From: Octopus vulgaris
Lineage: Eukaryota
NCBI GenBank assembly: GCA_951406725.2
Contig: OX597819.1
Coordinates: 42,470,001-42,534,000 of the forward strand
Length of the DNA: 64,000 nt
Direction: 5' to 3'
The notes under the pieces were generated by a model. It did not search any database. It had not been told where the DNA came from and worked only from the letters and a program-made list of their open reading frames with translations. Both the position numbers and the translations under genes were made by a program. Below, in pieces: positions 38,831 to 51,001 of this stretch (positions are counted from its first letter, which is position 1; each line of letters opens with the position of its first letter).

Positions 38831-38897
38831 AGGCGCAGGAGTGGCTGTGTAGTAAGTAGCTTGTGTATATATATATATATATGTGTGTGTATATATA

Positions 38898-38966
<69 letters not shown>

Positions 38967-39154
38967 ACCGGAGTAAACACATAAATGTGAAACAAGGTGG
39001 AAAAAAGAGTACTCAAATACCAGTGGTAGAGTAATATGCTTTATTTTAAGCAGCAGAAAATTCAACAAAATCTGTTACTCTGAGTTTCTAGAATCAGTTT
39101 TCATCAGACAGCTTTTTGCTAGAATCAGTTTTCATCAGACAGTTTTTCTAGCAA

Positions 39155-39199
39155 AAACTGTCTGATGAACGGCAACGAGAAACTCAGAGTAACAGATTT
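39155..39199 (+). ncRNA. Minimal type I hammerhead motif HHR-4; inverted damaged copy at about 39068-39115(-)
   Basis: CUGU-CUGAUGA-ACGGCAACGA-GAAA-CUCAGAG-UA-ACAG. Stem I CUGU/ACAG; the base of stem II is mismatched. Confidence 0.7.
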
Positions 39200-39548
39200 T
39201 GTTGAATTTTCTGCTGCTTAAAATAAAGTATATATATGTATATATATATATATGTATATATATGTGTATATATATATGTGTATATATATATATGTATATA
39301 TATATATGTGTGTATATATATGTACATATATATATATATGTATGTATATGTATATATATATATATGTATATATATATATGTATGTATATGTATATATATA
39401 TATATGTATATATATGTATGTATGTATATGTATATATATATATGTATGGTTATCAGTAATAATAAAAGGGTGAAATTAATTAATTAGGGATAATTATCAA
39501 TTACACCAAGTAGATTTCGGTATGTAAAAGCCCCATTCGGGGAAAATT

Positions 39549-39827
39549 TAAGTAATACTAAGTAATTAAGGGTTTAGCACGAATTGCCTCACCAACACAC
39601 CGAATTTAGAAATAGCAGTCAAAGAGATATAGCTATTCCTTCTACTAAAAGGGGGATCTCAGTAAAAACACAGCACTTAGTCTGTGTTTGCCTTTTAAGT
39701 GCTGTGTTTTTACTGAGATCCCCCTTTTAGTAGAAGGAATAGCTATATCTCTTTGACTGCTATTTCTAAATTCGGTGTGTTGGTGAGGCAATTCGTTGCT
39801 AAATCCTTAATTACTTAGTATTACTTA
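39549..39827. repeat. Near-perfect ~130-bp inverted repeat with a 16-nt loop
   Basis: Arms 39549-39679 and 39696-39827 are reverse complements with about two differences. Confidence 0.95.
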
Positions 39828-40081
39828 TATATATGTATGTATATATACATATAAGTGTATGTATATATATATATATATGTGTATATATGTATATATATAT
39901 GTATATTTATATATATGTGTATATATGTATATATATATGTATATTTATATATATGTATGTATATGTATATATATATATGTATATATATATATATGTGTAT
40001 ATATGTATATATATATATATGTATATATATATGTATATATATATATGTATATATATATATGTATGTATATATATATATTTA

Positions 40082-40166
<85 letters not shown>

Positions 40167-40170
<4 letters not shown>

Positions 40171-42682
40171 CCATTAGTGCAAAGAAACAGGCCTGGAGGG
40201 ATGGGGGTAGCAGGGAACTGTACCAGGTAGCCAAAAGGGAGGCTGGGCGGCAGGTATACATAGCCAAAGATGTAGCAGAAAAGAAGAAGTTTGCCAATGT
40301 CCAGCAACGTGAGGACCAAAGAACTGAGGTATTTCGGATTGCTGGACAGTGTGTGAGAGAAAATAGTGATGTTACAGGAGAGAAATGTGTCCGCATGGAT
40401 GATGGGGCACTTGCTTTTAATGATGGTGAAAAGAAAGAGGCTTGGCGAAGCCATTATGAAAGACTGCTGAATGTGGAGAATGAATGGGAGGAGGAGAGCC
40501 TGCCAAATGTTGACCCAGTAGAGGGACCAGCTATCCGAATAGACAGCTCCCTTGTAGTTAAGGCAATTAAGGGTATGAAACCAGGTAAAGCCCCTGGCCC
40601 ATCAGGAATCACTGCTGAGATGCTTAAAACAGCTGGTTATGTGGGTTATGGCCTAGTCACCCGCATTGTAAACCAGGTAGTTCATAATGGAGTCATACCC
40701 AATGACTGGCGTAGCAGCACCATAGTCAACTGCTACAAGGGTAAGGGTGATGCTCTAGATAGAAATAACTACGGGGGTATTAAACTGTTGGATCAGGTGA
40801 TGAAGGTCTCAGAGAGGGTCATAACCCATCTCATTAGGGAGAGAATTTGCTTAGATGAGATGCACTTCGGTTTTGTGCCGGGTAGAAGCACCACTGATGC
40901 TATATTCCTGGTCCGACAACTGCAGGAGAAGTACCTAGCTAAAGATAAACCCCTCTACATAGCTTTTGTGGACTTGGAGGAAGCCTTTGACAGGGTCCCC
41001 CGATCCCTTAGCTGGTGGTCGATGCGGAAACTGGAGATTGACGAATGGCTAATAAGGGCTGTACAGGCCCTATACAGAGAGGCTGTCAGCAAGGTTAGAA
41101 TTGGCAATGAATATAGTGAAGAATTCTGGGTAGAAGTCCCCTTTTATTCATCATAGTCCTCCAGACAATAACAGAGGAATTAAAGACAGGTTGCCCCTGG
41201 GAGCTCCTCTATGCTGATGACCTGGCTCTCATAGCAGAATCACTACCGGAACTAGAAAAGAAATTTTGGGTGTGGAAGCAAGGGTTAGAATCAAAGGGCC
41301 TTAGAGTAAATGTAGCAAAGACCAAAGTTATAGTAAGCAGAAAGGCGAACTCAGCACACACACCCTCGGGCAGGTGGCCCTGCTCGATCTGTAGGAAAGG
41401 TGTAGGTAGAAACTCCATAAGATGTACCCGGTGTAAGCTATGGACGCATAAAAGGTGCAGCAACATCAAAGGGAAATTAACTGATAAGATAGCTTTCATG
41501 TGCGGCAGATGCACAGGGACAATAGACACCACAGATACTCAGGAAACAGATTCCATCACACTCCAGGGGGAGAAACTAGAAGTAGTTGATAGTTTCCGCT
41601 ACCTGGGTGACCAAGTTAGTAGTGGAGGTGGATGCTCAGAGTGGTCACCACTAGAATATGAATAGCCTGGGCAAAGTTTAGAAAGCTCCTACCCCTACTG
41701 GTGACAAAGGGTCTCTCGCTCAGAGTGAAAGGTAGATTGTATGATGCATGTGTGCGAACTGCCATGCCTCACGGTAGTGAAACATGGGCTGTGACTGCAG
41801 AGGACATGCGTAGACTTGAAAGAAATGAAGCTAGCATGATCCGCTGGATGTGTAATGTCAGTGTGCATGCACGGCAGAGGGTAAGCTCCCTGAGAGAAAT
41901 GCTGGACATAAGAAGCATCAGATGTGGTGTGTAAGAGCGACGCTCGCAATGGTATGGTCATGTACTGAGGATGGATGAGGAGAGATGTGTGAAGAAGTGC
42001 CGCTCCCAAACAGTTGAAGGTATCAGGGTGAGAGGTAGACCCAGGAAGACATGGGATGAGGTAGTCAAGCATGACCTCAGAGCGTTGGGCCTCACAGAGG
42101 CAATGACGAAGGACCGAGATCTCTGGAGATATTCTGTGACTGCAAAGACCCAGTCTGCTTCCTGCACCAGTCCCGCATAGCCTTTGCCCATTCAAAGTAC
42201 CTTGGATTCCAGAACATCCTGCTGTGCTTGAGGAGACCTATTGAGTCAAGTACATGAACATCAAAATAAATATCAATAGAAATAGTAGTTGTGATACCTA
42301 TGCCGGTGGCACATAAAAAGCACCATCCGAATGTGGCCGATGCCAGCACCGCCTCGACTGGCTTCTGTGCCGGTGGCACATAAAAAGCACCATCCGAACG
42401 TGGCCGATGCCAGCGCCGCCTTGACTGGCTTCCGTGCCGGTGGCATGTTAAAAGCACCAACCGATCATGGCCAATGCCAGACTCCCCTGGCACCTGTGCC
42501 GGTGGCACGTAAAAAGCACCCACTACACTCGCGGGGTGGTTGGCGTTAGGAAGGGCATCCAGCTGTAGAAACACTGCCAGATCAGACTGGAGCCTGGTGC
42601 AGCCCGTGGCTTCCCAGACCGCGGTCGAACCGTCCAACCCGTGCTGGCGCGGAAAACGGACGTTAAACGATGATGATGATGA
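40167..42682 (+). mobile_element. 5'-truncated RTE-clade LINE (RT pseudogene, 3' UTR and (GAT)n tail)
   Basis: [37 protein letters not shown] at 41209, FRYLG, GSETW; deletion near 41136, frameshifts and stops; flanked by (TA)n. Confidence 0.93.
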
Positions 42683-42708
42683 TATATGTACATATATATA
42701 TATCTATA

Positions 42709-42779
<71 letters not shown>

Positions 42780-43518
42780 AAATATGCAAACACACTTGGG
42801 CAGGCACTCTTATTCTAATATATGTGTCTACTTATTTACGTACATGTACATAGTTAATTCCTTGTTCAGGTACAAGTGGTGGTGGTGGGACGCGCACACC
42901 TACACCGATATCTGTATGCAAAGGGCATGTTTCAGTATCCACCTACTAAATCCACTCACAAGGATTCAGTTGGCCTGAGGCTATATTACAAGACATTTCT
43001 TTAAAATGCCATGCATTGGGACTAAACCTCAAACTATGAGGTTAGGAAGTAAGCTTCTTAACACACAGCAGTACCTGTTTATATTCATTTACAATATTGT
43101 TACAGGTAATCCTTGACGTTAATGTATGGTCATACAAAAACTCATGACATAGGAAAAACTTCCGCCCGTCCCCACACCATTTTCTCCGGAATTTATTAAG
43201 TTTTGTAATTGTTGTTGCCAAAAACACCCGTTTTCGGATACGGAGGTTCAGGAAAATTGGTATTGGGAAATTCCCCTGTTTCCCCCCTAACTACTTCAGT
43301 TTTGACTTTTTTCCCCCAACACTTTTTCAGAATCATAATGTGCGTATTTTCCCGCATACTTTTTTTTTGGGGGGGGGTTGTGAAAAAAGTTTAAAATGCA
43401 GGGAATGGGGTCGGGTGGGGGTGGGTGGGTTCTAATTTAGAAATGTCGATTTTTGCCGATTATTTTGCAGATTCGTATTCCGACAGGAAAAGGGGGAGGC
43501 GGTCGACAAAAACATTTT

Positions 43519-43676
43519 GGCGATCCTTCGGTATAGGTACCGTAAGTTGCTTTGCTTACATTTCTGAAGGTGACAGAAACCCTTTTCTCCCAACCCTAAC
43601 CCCCATATATAAAAAAAAAAAAAAAAAAACTTGAAATGTATACGGTACTTCCTGTACCTATACCGAAGTTACACCA
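43519..43676. mobile_element. Small GGCGATCCTTCGGTATA-TIR MITE; other copies at 33002-33207 and 44430-44589
   Basis: Inverted ends; TSD AATTATTT around the 44430 copy. Confidence 0.6.
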
Positions 43677-43814
43677 AAATTTTTTAAAGGGTGTTTTTGG
43701 GGGGTGACGGTCTTAGAGATGGTATCGAAGTTGACCATGATGAAATCGAGATGTACAACAATGTAGCATTCCCGTCGTGTCCCCTTGGATTGTCTCAGGG
43801 CTAAACATTAAAAA

Positions 43815-44033
43815 AAAACCGGAAGAGACAAAGCAGGTAGCGACGACGCATGTGCAAAGCACAACAGCCTTTAATGGAAATTATGAAAGACGTATAAAGG
43901 AACCCAATTGCCAAGACTGTTCCTCTTTTCCTTTTGGCAAGTCAGGTCCCTCACTGCCCTAGAACTGGTGCTGCTGGCTCTCTTTGCTTCGACTCCCAAC
44001 ACATGGTGTCGCGAGGCTCTTCTCACTGTAAGT
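43815..44033 (+). promoter_or_regulatory. Type-B promoter (ETS-like CCGGAAG, TATA, TCT/TOP-like initiator) and exon 1 of ZNF-D
   Basis: TATAAA at 43893-43898, CCTCTTTTCCTTTT at 43922 (about 30 nt downstream), donor GTAAGT at 44028. Confidence 0.6.
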
Positions 44034-45554
44034 ACCATCTGATAATGTATTCTCTCCTGTTTTTACCAGAATGCCGCAACGAATCAACAAAATTAAAATG
44101 GTTATTGGTCCTATTTAGTGAATCTTTATTCTTCATTTACATTGCAGCCCACGTCTAATCACCACATTACCAACCAAACAATGAAAGCAATCTTATACCT
44201 GCTAAAACATATTCAGAAGTGAGGATAACGAAATTGGGTACTACTAGTGAACAGTGGTCCCGGTGCGCGCACTCGCGCTAGGTAGTCGTAAGTAGTCGAT
44301 CCTACAACGACTTGCGCGTATGTTTGTATTTCAAGGCTGAATACATATCAAAGAAAATTAAATATTTTTCGAACAAAGTAAATAAAATGCAAAGGAAATA
44401 ATTTTTTAAACTAAGTAAATAAATTATTTGGCGATCCTTCGGTATATGTACACACGTGACTTTGTTTACATTTCTGAAGATAACGGAAACCCTTTTCTCC
44501 CACCCTAACCCTCATGCAGACCCCCCCCCCATATATAAAAAAAAAACACTTTCTTGAAATGTATCCGGTACTTATACCGAAGTTATGCCAATTATTTTTA
44601 TAAACAAACTAACGTTAGGTTTAGGGTTTAAAAGTCCTAGGATTGGCTACTTACGTCTAGCTAGTGCGGATGCGCGAGCCCAGCACCGGGACCACAGTTT
44701 GCTAGGAGTATCTATGGTTCTACTAGCAAATAGTGGTCCCGGTGTGCGAACACGCGCATCCGCGCCGGCTCGTCATGGCTAGTCGATCCTTACTTTGTGT
44801 TTTTGTGATATTTACTTTGTTAAAAAAATTATTTACTTTGCTAGGTGGTCGTTGTAGGATCGACTACTTACGACTAGCTTGCGCGTGTGCGCGCACCGGG
44901 ACCACTGTTCGCTCGTAGTATATATATATATATATATATATACACCTTTCTGGTGGTATAGATTACGATTATATCGGAATTTGTTTGGAAAAACTTTTCT
45001 TCTCCCTTTTAAACAAATTCAGCTGAGTGGACTGAGGCAATGTGAAATAAAGTGCCTTGGGGACAGTGTGCCACTGGGTATCAAACTCACAGCCTTACTA
45101 TAACAATTGGACCATGCCACTTCACAGGGGAAACAATTGAAAGCAAAGAAAAAAATGAGGAAAATATAAATATTGCGCCTATAGACAAAATGTTGTAAAA
45201 GTTTCAATGCCTCAATGGATTCTGACCCATGCAAACGTAGACATTAAATGGATGACAGTGTTGATGTTGTAATATTTGCCATGTTGAATTATTATGTCAT
45301 TTAACCATCCATCCTCTCATTATTACTGCATCTTTTCCTATTCCAGAGTATCACATCTGATAATTTTGTTCCGCTTCATTGATTAAAGGAAGGCAAGGAA
45401 TTTACAAAGGACTTGACAGTCTACATCTTCTGTTTTGGATATTCAGCAAGATCGGAGATGAAAGAAACATACCATTAAATTATTCTCTGAAAACAGTGAC
45501 ACAACTGAATGCAAACGCATTCATTGGAATAAAAAAGACATCTTTGTATCATGT

Positions 45555-46400
45555 ATGACAAATTATTCTCTTAAAATGAGTAATGTAAATAAACCAAAAA
45601 TCCCAGATACAGAAGAGAAGCCTTTCACCGAAGAAAGAGTCTTAACTAAACAGAAATGCATTCAGACAAAGGTGAAACCGTATCACTGTAATGTCTGTGG
45701 TAAATCATTCTCTCAAAGTATTGTGTTGACCCGTCACGTACGTACGCATACAGGGGAGAAGCCATATCATTGCAATATCTGTGGTAAATCATTCACTCAG
45801 AGTGGTGACTTGATTAAACACAGACCTACACATACAGGAGAGAAACCATTTCATTGTGATATCTGTGGCAAATCATTCTCTAGAAACAGTCAATTGACTA
45901 GTCACAGACGTATTCATACTGGGGAAAGACCTCATAAATGTGACATCTGTGGTAAATCATTTTCTGAAAATAGTAAGCTGACTATTCATATACGTATTCA
46001 TACCGGGGAAAAACCATTTCACTGTGATATCTGTGATAAATCGTTCTCTGAATCGGGTCACCTAAAAATACACAAACGTATTCATACGGGTGAGAAGCCA
46101 TACCATTGTGAGATCTGTGGTAAATCATTCTCTCAACGTGGTGATTTGAGTAAACACAAAACTACACATACGGGAGAAAAGCCATATCATTGTAATATTT
46201 GTTGTAAATCTTTCTCTCAAAAAGGTCACTTGCTTAAACACCAACCTACACATACAGGAGAGAAAGCATATTTTTGTAGTATCTGTGGAACCTCATTCTC
46301 TAGAAATAGTCACTTGACTAGTCACAAACGTATTCATGCTGGAGAAAACCCAAATCAGTGTGATATCTGTGGTGAGTCATTCTTTCCAAAACACTACTGA
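45555..46400 (+). CDS. ZNF-D: C2H2 zinc-finger protein, 8 intact fingers; tandem paralogue of ZNF-C
   Basis: Near-identical to ZNF-C minus one finger; acceptor at 45345. Confidence 0.88.
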   Translation: MTNYSLKMSNVNKPKIPDTEEKPFTEERVLTKQKCIQTKVKPYHCNVCGKSFSQSIVLTRHVRTHTGEKPYHCNICGKSFTQSGDLIKHRPTHTGEKPFHCDICGKSFSRNSQLTSHRRIHTGERPHKCDICGKSFSENSKLTIHIRIHTGEKPFHCDICDKSFSESGHLKIHKRIHTGEKPYHCEICGKSFSQRGDLSKHKTTHTGEKPYHCNICCKSFSQKGHLLKHQPTHTGEKAYFCSICGTSFSRNSHLTSHKRIHAGENPNQCDICGESFFPKHY

Positions 46401-46845
46401 AGTACACATGTGAGTATTCATACACAAGTGTAACAATATCAATATTTATTACAGCAGGAAAACGATTATGAATATTTTTGTTAAAAGACAAGGTTTATTT
46501 ATCTTCAAGCTTGGTGTGATCAACTTCAATTTCACCAATGTTAATATAAAATTTATGAATATGAACCTCGTTATGTGTATATGGAAATATATGAACACAG
46601 TAATGACCTTGATTCCTGAAGATGATTGTGCTGGATTTTTCAAGAATTTATTTTTGGAGAATAAAGGAATGGATATAATGAATAATAGTTTTAAGTGTCA
46701 TTGATTTTGTCTCCGTTCTGTTTTCATCATCATCATTATGCTTTAACGTCCATTTTCTTTGCAGGCATGAGTGGGGAAGTGTGACATGAGCCTCCCAAAC
46801 AGAGTGCTGCTCTGGTTGTTTGCCCTTAAATATACATGGCATTTT

Positions 46846-47184
46846 TCTATATATAAACGGTAAAATGTCTGTCTGTGTGTGTGTCCTTTATACAAATCCA
46901 CAATTTTTCAGTTAGAGGGCTCGCACTTTCTATGGTCATTCAAAACCGCCCAAGGATGGTCGTGCACATCTTTACATTTCCCCAGTCACCCTGCAAAGCC
47001 ATTAAAAAATCAATAGAAGTGACTTTTTTGTGAATTTTCTATCCAAAACCCAATCAAAATACCCAAAACTTGCCAATTGAATGCCAGCTAGCTGTATTTG
47101 ATTGGTCGGAGATTTGGACAGTATTTGAGTGTATGTATGCATGCACTAGCACTATGACCTGGCGTTGCCAGATCGTAGTGCTAG
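46846..47184 (+). mobile_element. Non-autonomous Helitron
   Basis: 5' TCTATATATAAA; 3' hairpin ACTAGCACTATGA..TCGTAGTGCTAG ending in CTAG; absent in paralogous 3' regions (near 51935 and 56225). Confidence 0.85.
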
Positions 47185-47850
47185 TATTTTATATATATGC
47201 CTGTTCAACGATCGTAAGTGCATGAGACTAGAAGTAGCTCTTTCATTTATGTATTTAATTTGATGTATTTGTGTGTGAAGGCGCATGACTCAGTGGTTAG
47301 AGTGTCGAGTTTACGATCGTGAGGTTGTGAGTTTGAATCCCAGACCGGGCTGCATGTTGTGTTCTTAAGCAAGACACTTTATTTCAGGTTGCTCCAGTTA
47401 ACTCAGCTGTAGAAATGTGTTGTGACATTACTGGTGCCAAGCTGTATTGGCCCCTTTGCCTTGGGAAGCCGGTATGCATGAGCGACTGCTGGTCTTCCAT
47501 AAAAACCACCTTGCCCAGACTTGTGCCTTGGAGGGGGACTTTCTAGGTGCAATCCCACAGTCAGTCATGACCGAAGGAGAGTCTCAATTTGTGTGTGTAT
47601 GTATGTGAACAGGAAATCAGATTCTTTAATTTACGAGATAAAATAATTGGTTTATCGTAATCAAAATTCAGAGTTACATTGATACACTAAAATTGAAAGC
47701 AGTCTGAGCAAAATTAAAGGGTGCTCAGTTTGGGAATGAAAATGCCTAGATGCAAATAATCTGGTGAAAATTTGAAGAAAAAAAAAGTGAAGGGAATTTG
47801 TTGCTAGAATGAGACAAAGGAAGACAAAAACGAATTGAACCAGTCTGTAC

Positions 47851-47992
47851 CGCCATCTAGTGTAGAATTGAATACAACCATATAAAGGGAAATAACTTAT
47901 AGAACACTTCCAACAATGTGCAAATCAATTATTTATTGAAGTGATTTATTACCGGTCTCTGCCTTGCTGTTTATATCTGAATACGGTAAGTT
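47851..47992 (+). promoter_or_regulatory. Type-A promoter and exon 1 of ZNF-E
   Basis: CGCCATCTAGTG, TATAAAGGGAAATAACT (47881), CTGAATACG|GTAAGTTG (donor at 47986). Confidence 0.6.
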
Positions 47993-49840
47993 GATAAAGA
48001 TTTACTTTGAGGCTGTAAGTATGATACTACTACATTTCTGGGATCTTTTCGGTTTGAACGGCAGTTTTTCCTAGCGGTGTCATACGAAATTGTCACCCAT
48101 AATTATGACCCTAGTATCGATCTATTGCATTTCAATCTGTTTTAGGGTTAGGAGCATTTTTTTCTTCAAAAATGTAAATAAACCCAATCTGCTTCTTGAA
48201 CCCTGCTGTACTCTTTCACCACAACTTTCTCTCACTCTTTTTTCCTGTTTCTATTGTACCTGCATTTCAAAGGGCCAGCCTTGTCACGCTGAATCTCCCC
48301 GGGAACTACGTTAAGGGTACACGTGTCTGTTGAGTGCTCATCCACTTGCACGTTAATAAATGAGCTGCGATGTCACTGGTACCAAGCTGTATCGGCCCCT
48401 TTGCCTCTCCCTTGGATAACATAGGTGGCATGGAGAGGGGAGGCCAATATGCATGGGCGACTGGTGGTCTTCCATAGACAACCTTGCCCAGACTTGTGCC
48501 TCGGAGGGTAACTTTCTAGGTGCAATCCCATGGTCATTCATGACCAAAGGGGGTCACAACAGGTGGTGGTGGTGGGGGTCTGGTTTCCCATCCCACCATT
48601 AATTTGCCAGTTTGTGGCTCATTACAAGATCAGGATACTTGATTCCATGCAAAAAATCCGGTTTTTTTTTTCCTTAGTGAAAATCGTGCGGGTGTACTTC
48701 CTAATTATACGTGTGTGTGTGTGTCTCTGTGTTTCCCCTCCCTGCCACATAGCACTTGATTATGGGTGTTTGTTTACATCCCTGTGACTTAGAGGCTGGG
48801 CAAATGAGATTGATAGAATATGCACCTTTCTTAAATATCAACTGGAATTGACTCATTTGACAAAACACTTCAAAGAAGTATTCCAGCATGGCCACAGTCC
48901 ACTGGGTGAAACAGTAACTGGCACTCTGTGTTTTAGTTTATCTAATCAACTAAAAAGCCTGCTCATGGAATTAACATGCAAATGGCTGAGCATTCCACAG
49001 ATATGGGGACCCTTAATATCGTCTTCAAGGAGGCACAGCATGACACAGATGGTGAGAAGACTGGCCCTTTGAATTACAGGTTAAACTCATTTTTGACACC
49101 TGAGTGGACTGAGGCAAAGTGAAATAAAATGGTTTGGGGACACAATGTGTGACTGGGAATTGAACTCACAACCTTACAATTGGAGGCATATACCCTAACC
49201 ACCTAGCCATGCCACTTCACAAGTGAAATGAGAGGAAAACAGGTAAATATTTAGAGAAATGTTAAAACGATTCATCTATATACAGAATGTTGTAAAACTT
49301 TCAAAGCCTCAATGGATTCCGACCCATGCAAACATAGACATTAAATGGATGACAGTGTTGATGTTGTAAGATTTGCAATGTTGAATTACTATGTCGTTTA
49401 AGGATTCTCTTTATCTCACTGCTTCTTTTTCTATTTCAGAATATCACATCATATTGACGTTACAGAAATTTCTTCATTTAGACATGCCCCTGATATTTCT
49501 GTTGACTTTCATCAATTAAAGGAAGATCATATATTCATAAGGCACATTCATCAACTTCTTTGTATGAATAAAATCTTCAACAAATGATGGGAAAATATTT
49601 CTTTTGTACGATGGAATTGATAGCAACATTCACTTGTCTTCACAGCCTGGAATGTAGTGGAAGTGATTGCTTGGTTAATTAAGCTTGGATAAGTTTACAA
49701 AAGTTTTAACTGTTTACATCTGCCGTTTTAGATATTAAGCAAGAATACAGATGAAAGAAACACAGTGTTAAATTATTCTCTGAAAATACTGACACAACTG
49801 AACACATAGAATTGAAAAAATCATTATCATTGTGATACGT

Positions 49841-51001
49841 ATGAGAAATTATTATCTTATAATGAATGTTTTAAGAAAACCAAACAAACCTGATTCAAGT
49901 GAGAAGCCATATCACTGTGATATTTGTGGTAAATCATTCACTGAAGAAAGAGTCTTAACCAAACACAAGTGCATTGATACAGGAGAGAAACCACATCACT
50001 GTGATGTCTGTGGTAAATCATTCTCTCAAAGTGGTTCCTTGACTATTCACATACGTACACATACAGGAGAGAAGCCATATCATTGCAATACCTGTGGTAA
50101 ATCGTTTTCTCGAAGAGGTGACTTGTTTAGACACAAACGTACACATACAGGAGAAAAACCATATCATTGTGACATCTGTGGTAAAGCATTTTCCGAAAAC
50201 AGTCACTTGACTAGACACAAACGAATTCATACTGGAGAAAAACCATATAAGTGTGATATCTGTGGTGAATCATTTTCTCATAATAGTTCTTTAACTAGTC
50301 ACGAGCATATTCATACAGGAGAGAAGCCATATCACTGTGATATCTGTGGTAAATCGTTCTCTCTAAATAGTAACTTGACTAAACACAAACTTACACATAC
50401 AGGAGAGAAAGCATATCATTGTAATATCTGTGGCAAATCATTCTCTAGAAATAGTAACTTGACTAGTCACATACGTGTTCATACTGGGGAAAAACCATAT
50501 CAGTGTGATATCTGTGGTAAATCATTTTCTCAAAATGGCAGCTTAAATTGTCACAAACATACACATACAGGAGAGAAGCCATATTGTTGTCATATCTGTG
50601 GTGAATCTTACTCTCGGAGTGATACCTTGGCTAAACACAAACTTTCACACACAGGAGAAAAGCCATATCATTGTGACATCTGTGGTAAATCCTTGTCTTC
50701 TAGTAACTTGACTAGTCACAAACGCAGTCATACTGGAGAAAAACCATATCAGTGTGATATCTGTGGTAAATCATTTTCTCAAAATAGCGACTTAACTCGT
50801 CACAAACGTATTCATACAGGGGAGAAGCCATATCATTGTGATACCTGTGGTAAATGTTTCACTCAAAGTGGTGAGTTGATTAAACACAAACTTACACACA
50901 CAGGAGAGAAAGCGTATCATTGTAATATCTGTGGTACGTCATTCTTTAGAAATAGTAACTTGACTAGTCACAAACGCATTCATATTGGTGAAAAACCATA
51001 A
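49841..51001 (+). CDS. ZNF-E: C2H2 zinc-finger protein, ~13 repeats, with three decayed fingers after a premature TAA
   Basis: Finger array; acceptor at 49438; in-frame relic fingers at 51002-51214. Confidence 0.88.
   Translation: MRNYYLIMNVLRKPNKPDSSEKPYHCDICGKSFTEERVLTKHKCIDTGEKPHHCDVCGKSFSQSGSLTIHIRTHTGEKPYHCNTCGKSFSRRGDLFRHKRTHTGEKPYHCDICGKAFSENSHLTRHKRIHTGEKPYKCDICGESFSHNSSLTSHEHIHTGEKPYHCDICGKSFSLNSNLTKHKLTHTGEKAYHCNICGKSFSRNSNLTSHIRVHTGEKPYQCDICGKSFSQNGSLNCHKHTHTGEKPYCCHICGESYSRSDTLAKHKLSHTGEKPYHCDICGKSLSSSNLTSHKRSHTGEKPYQCDICGKSFSQNSDLTRHKRIHTGEKPYHCDTCGKCFTQSGELIKHKLTHTGEKAYHCNICGTSFFRNSNLTSHKRIHIGEKP

Noticed and set aside
39855-41156. 433-aa ORF as an intact gene
   Set aside because: A microsatellite fused to a truncated, frameshifted RTE reverse transcriptase.
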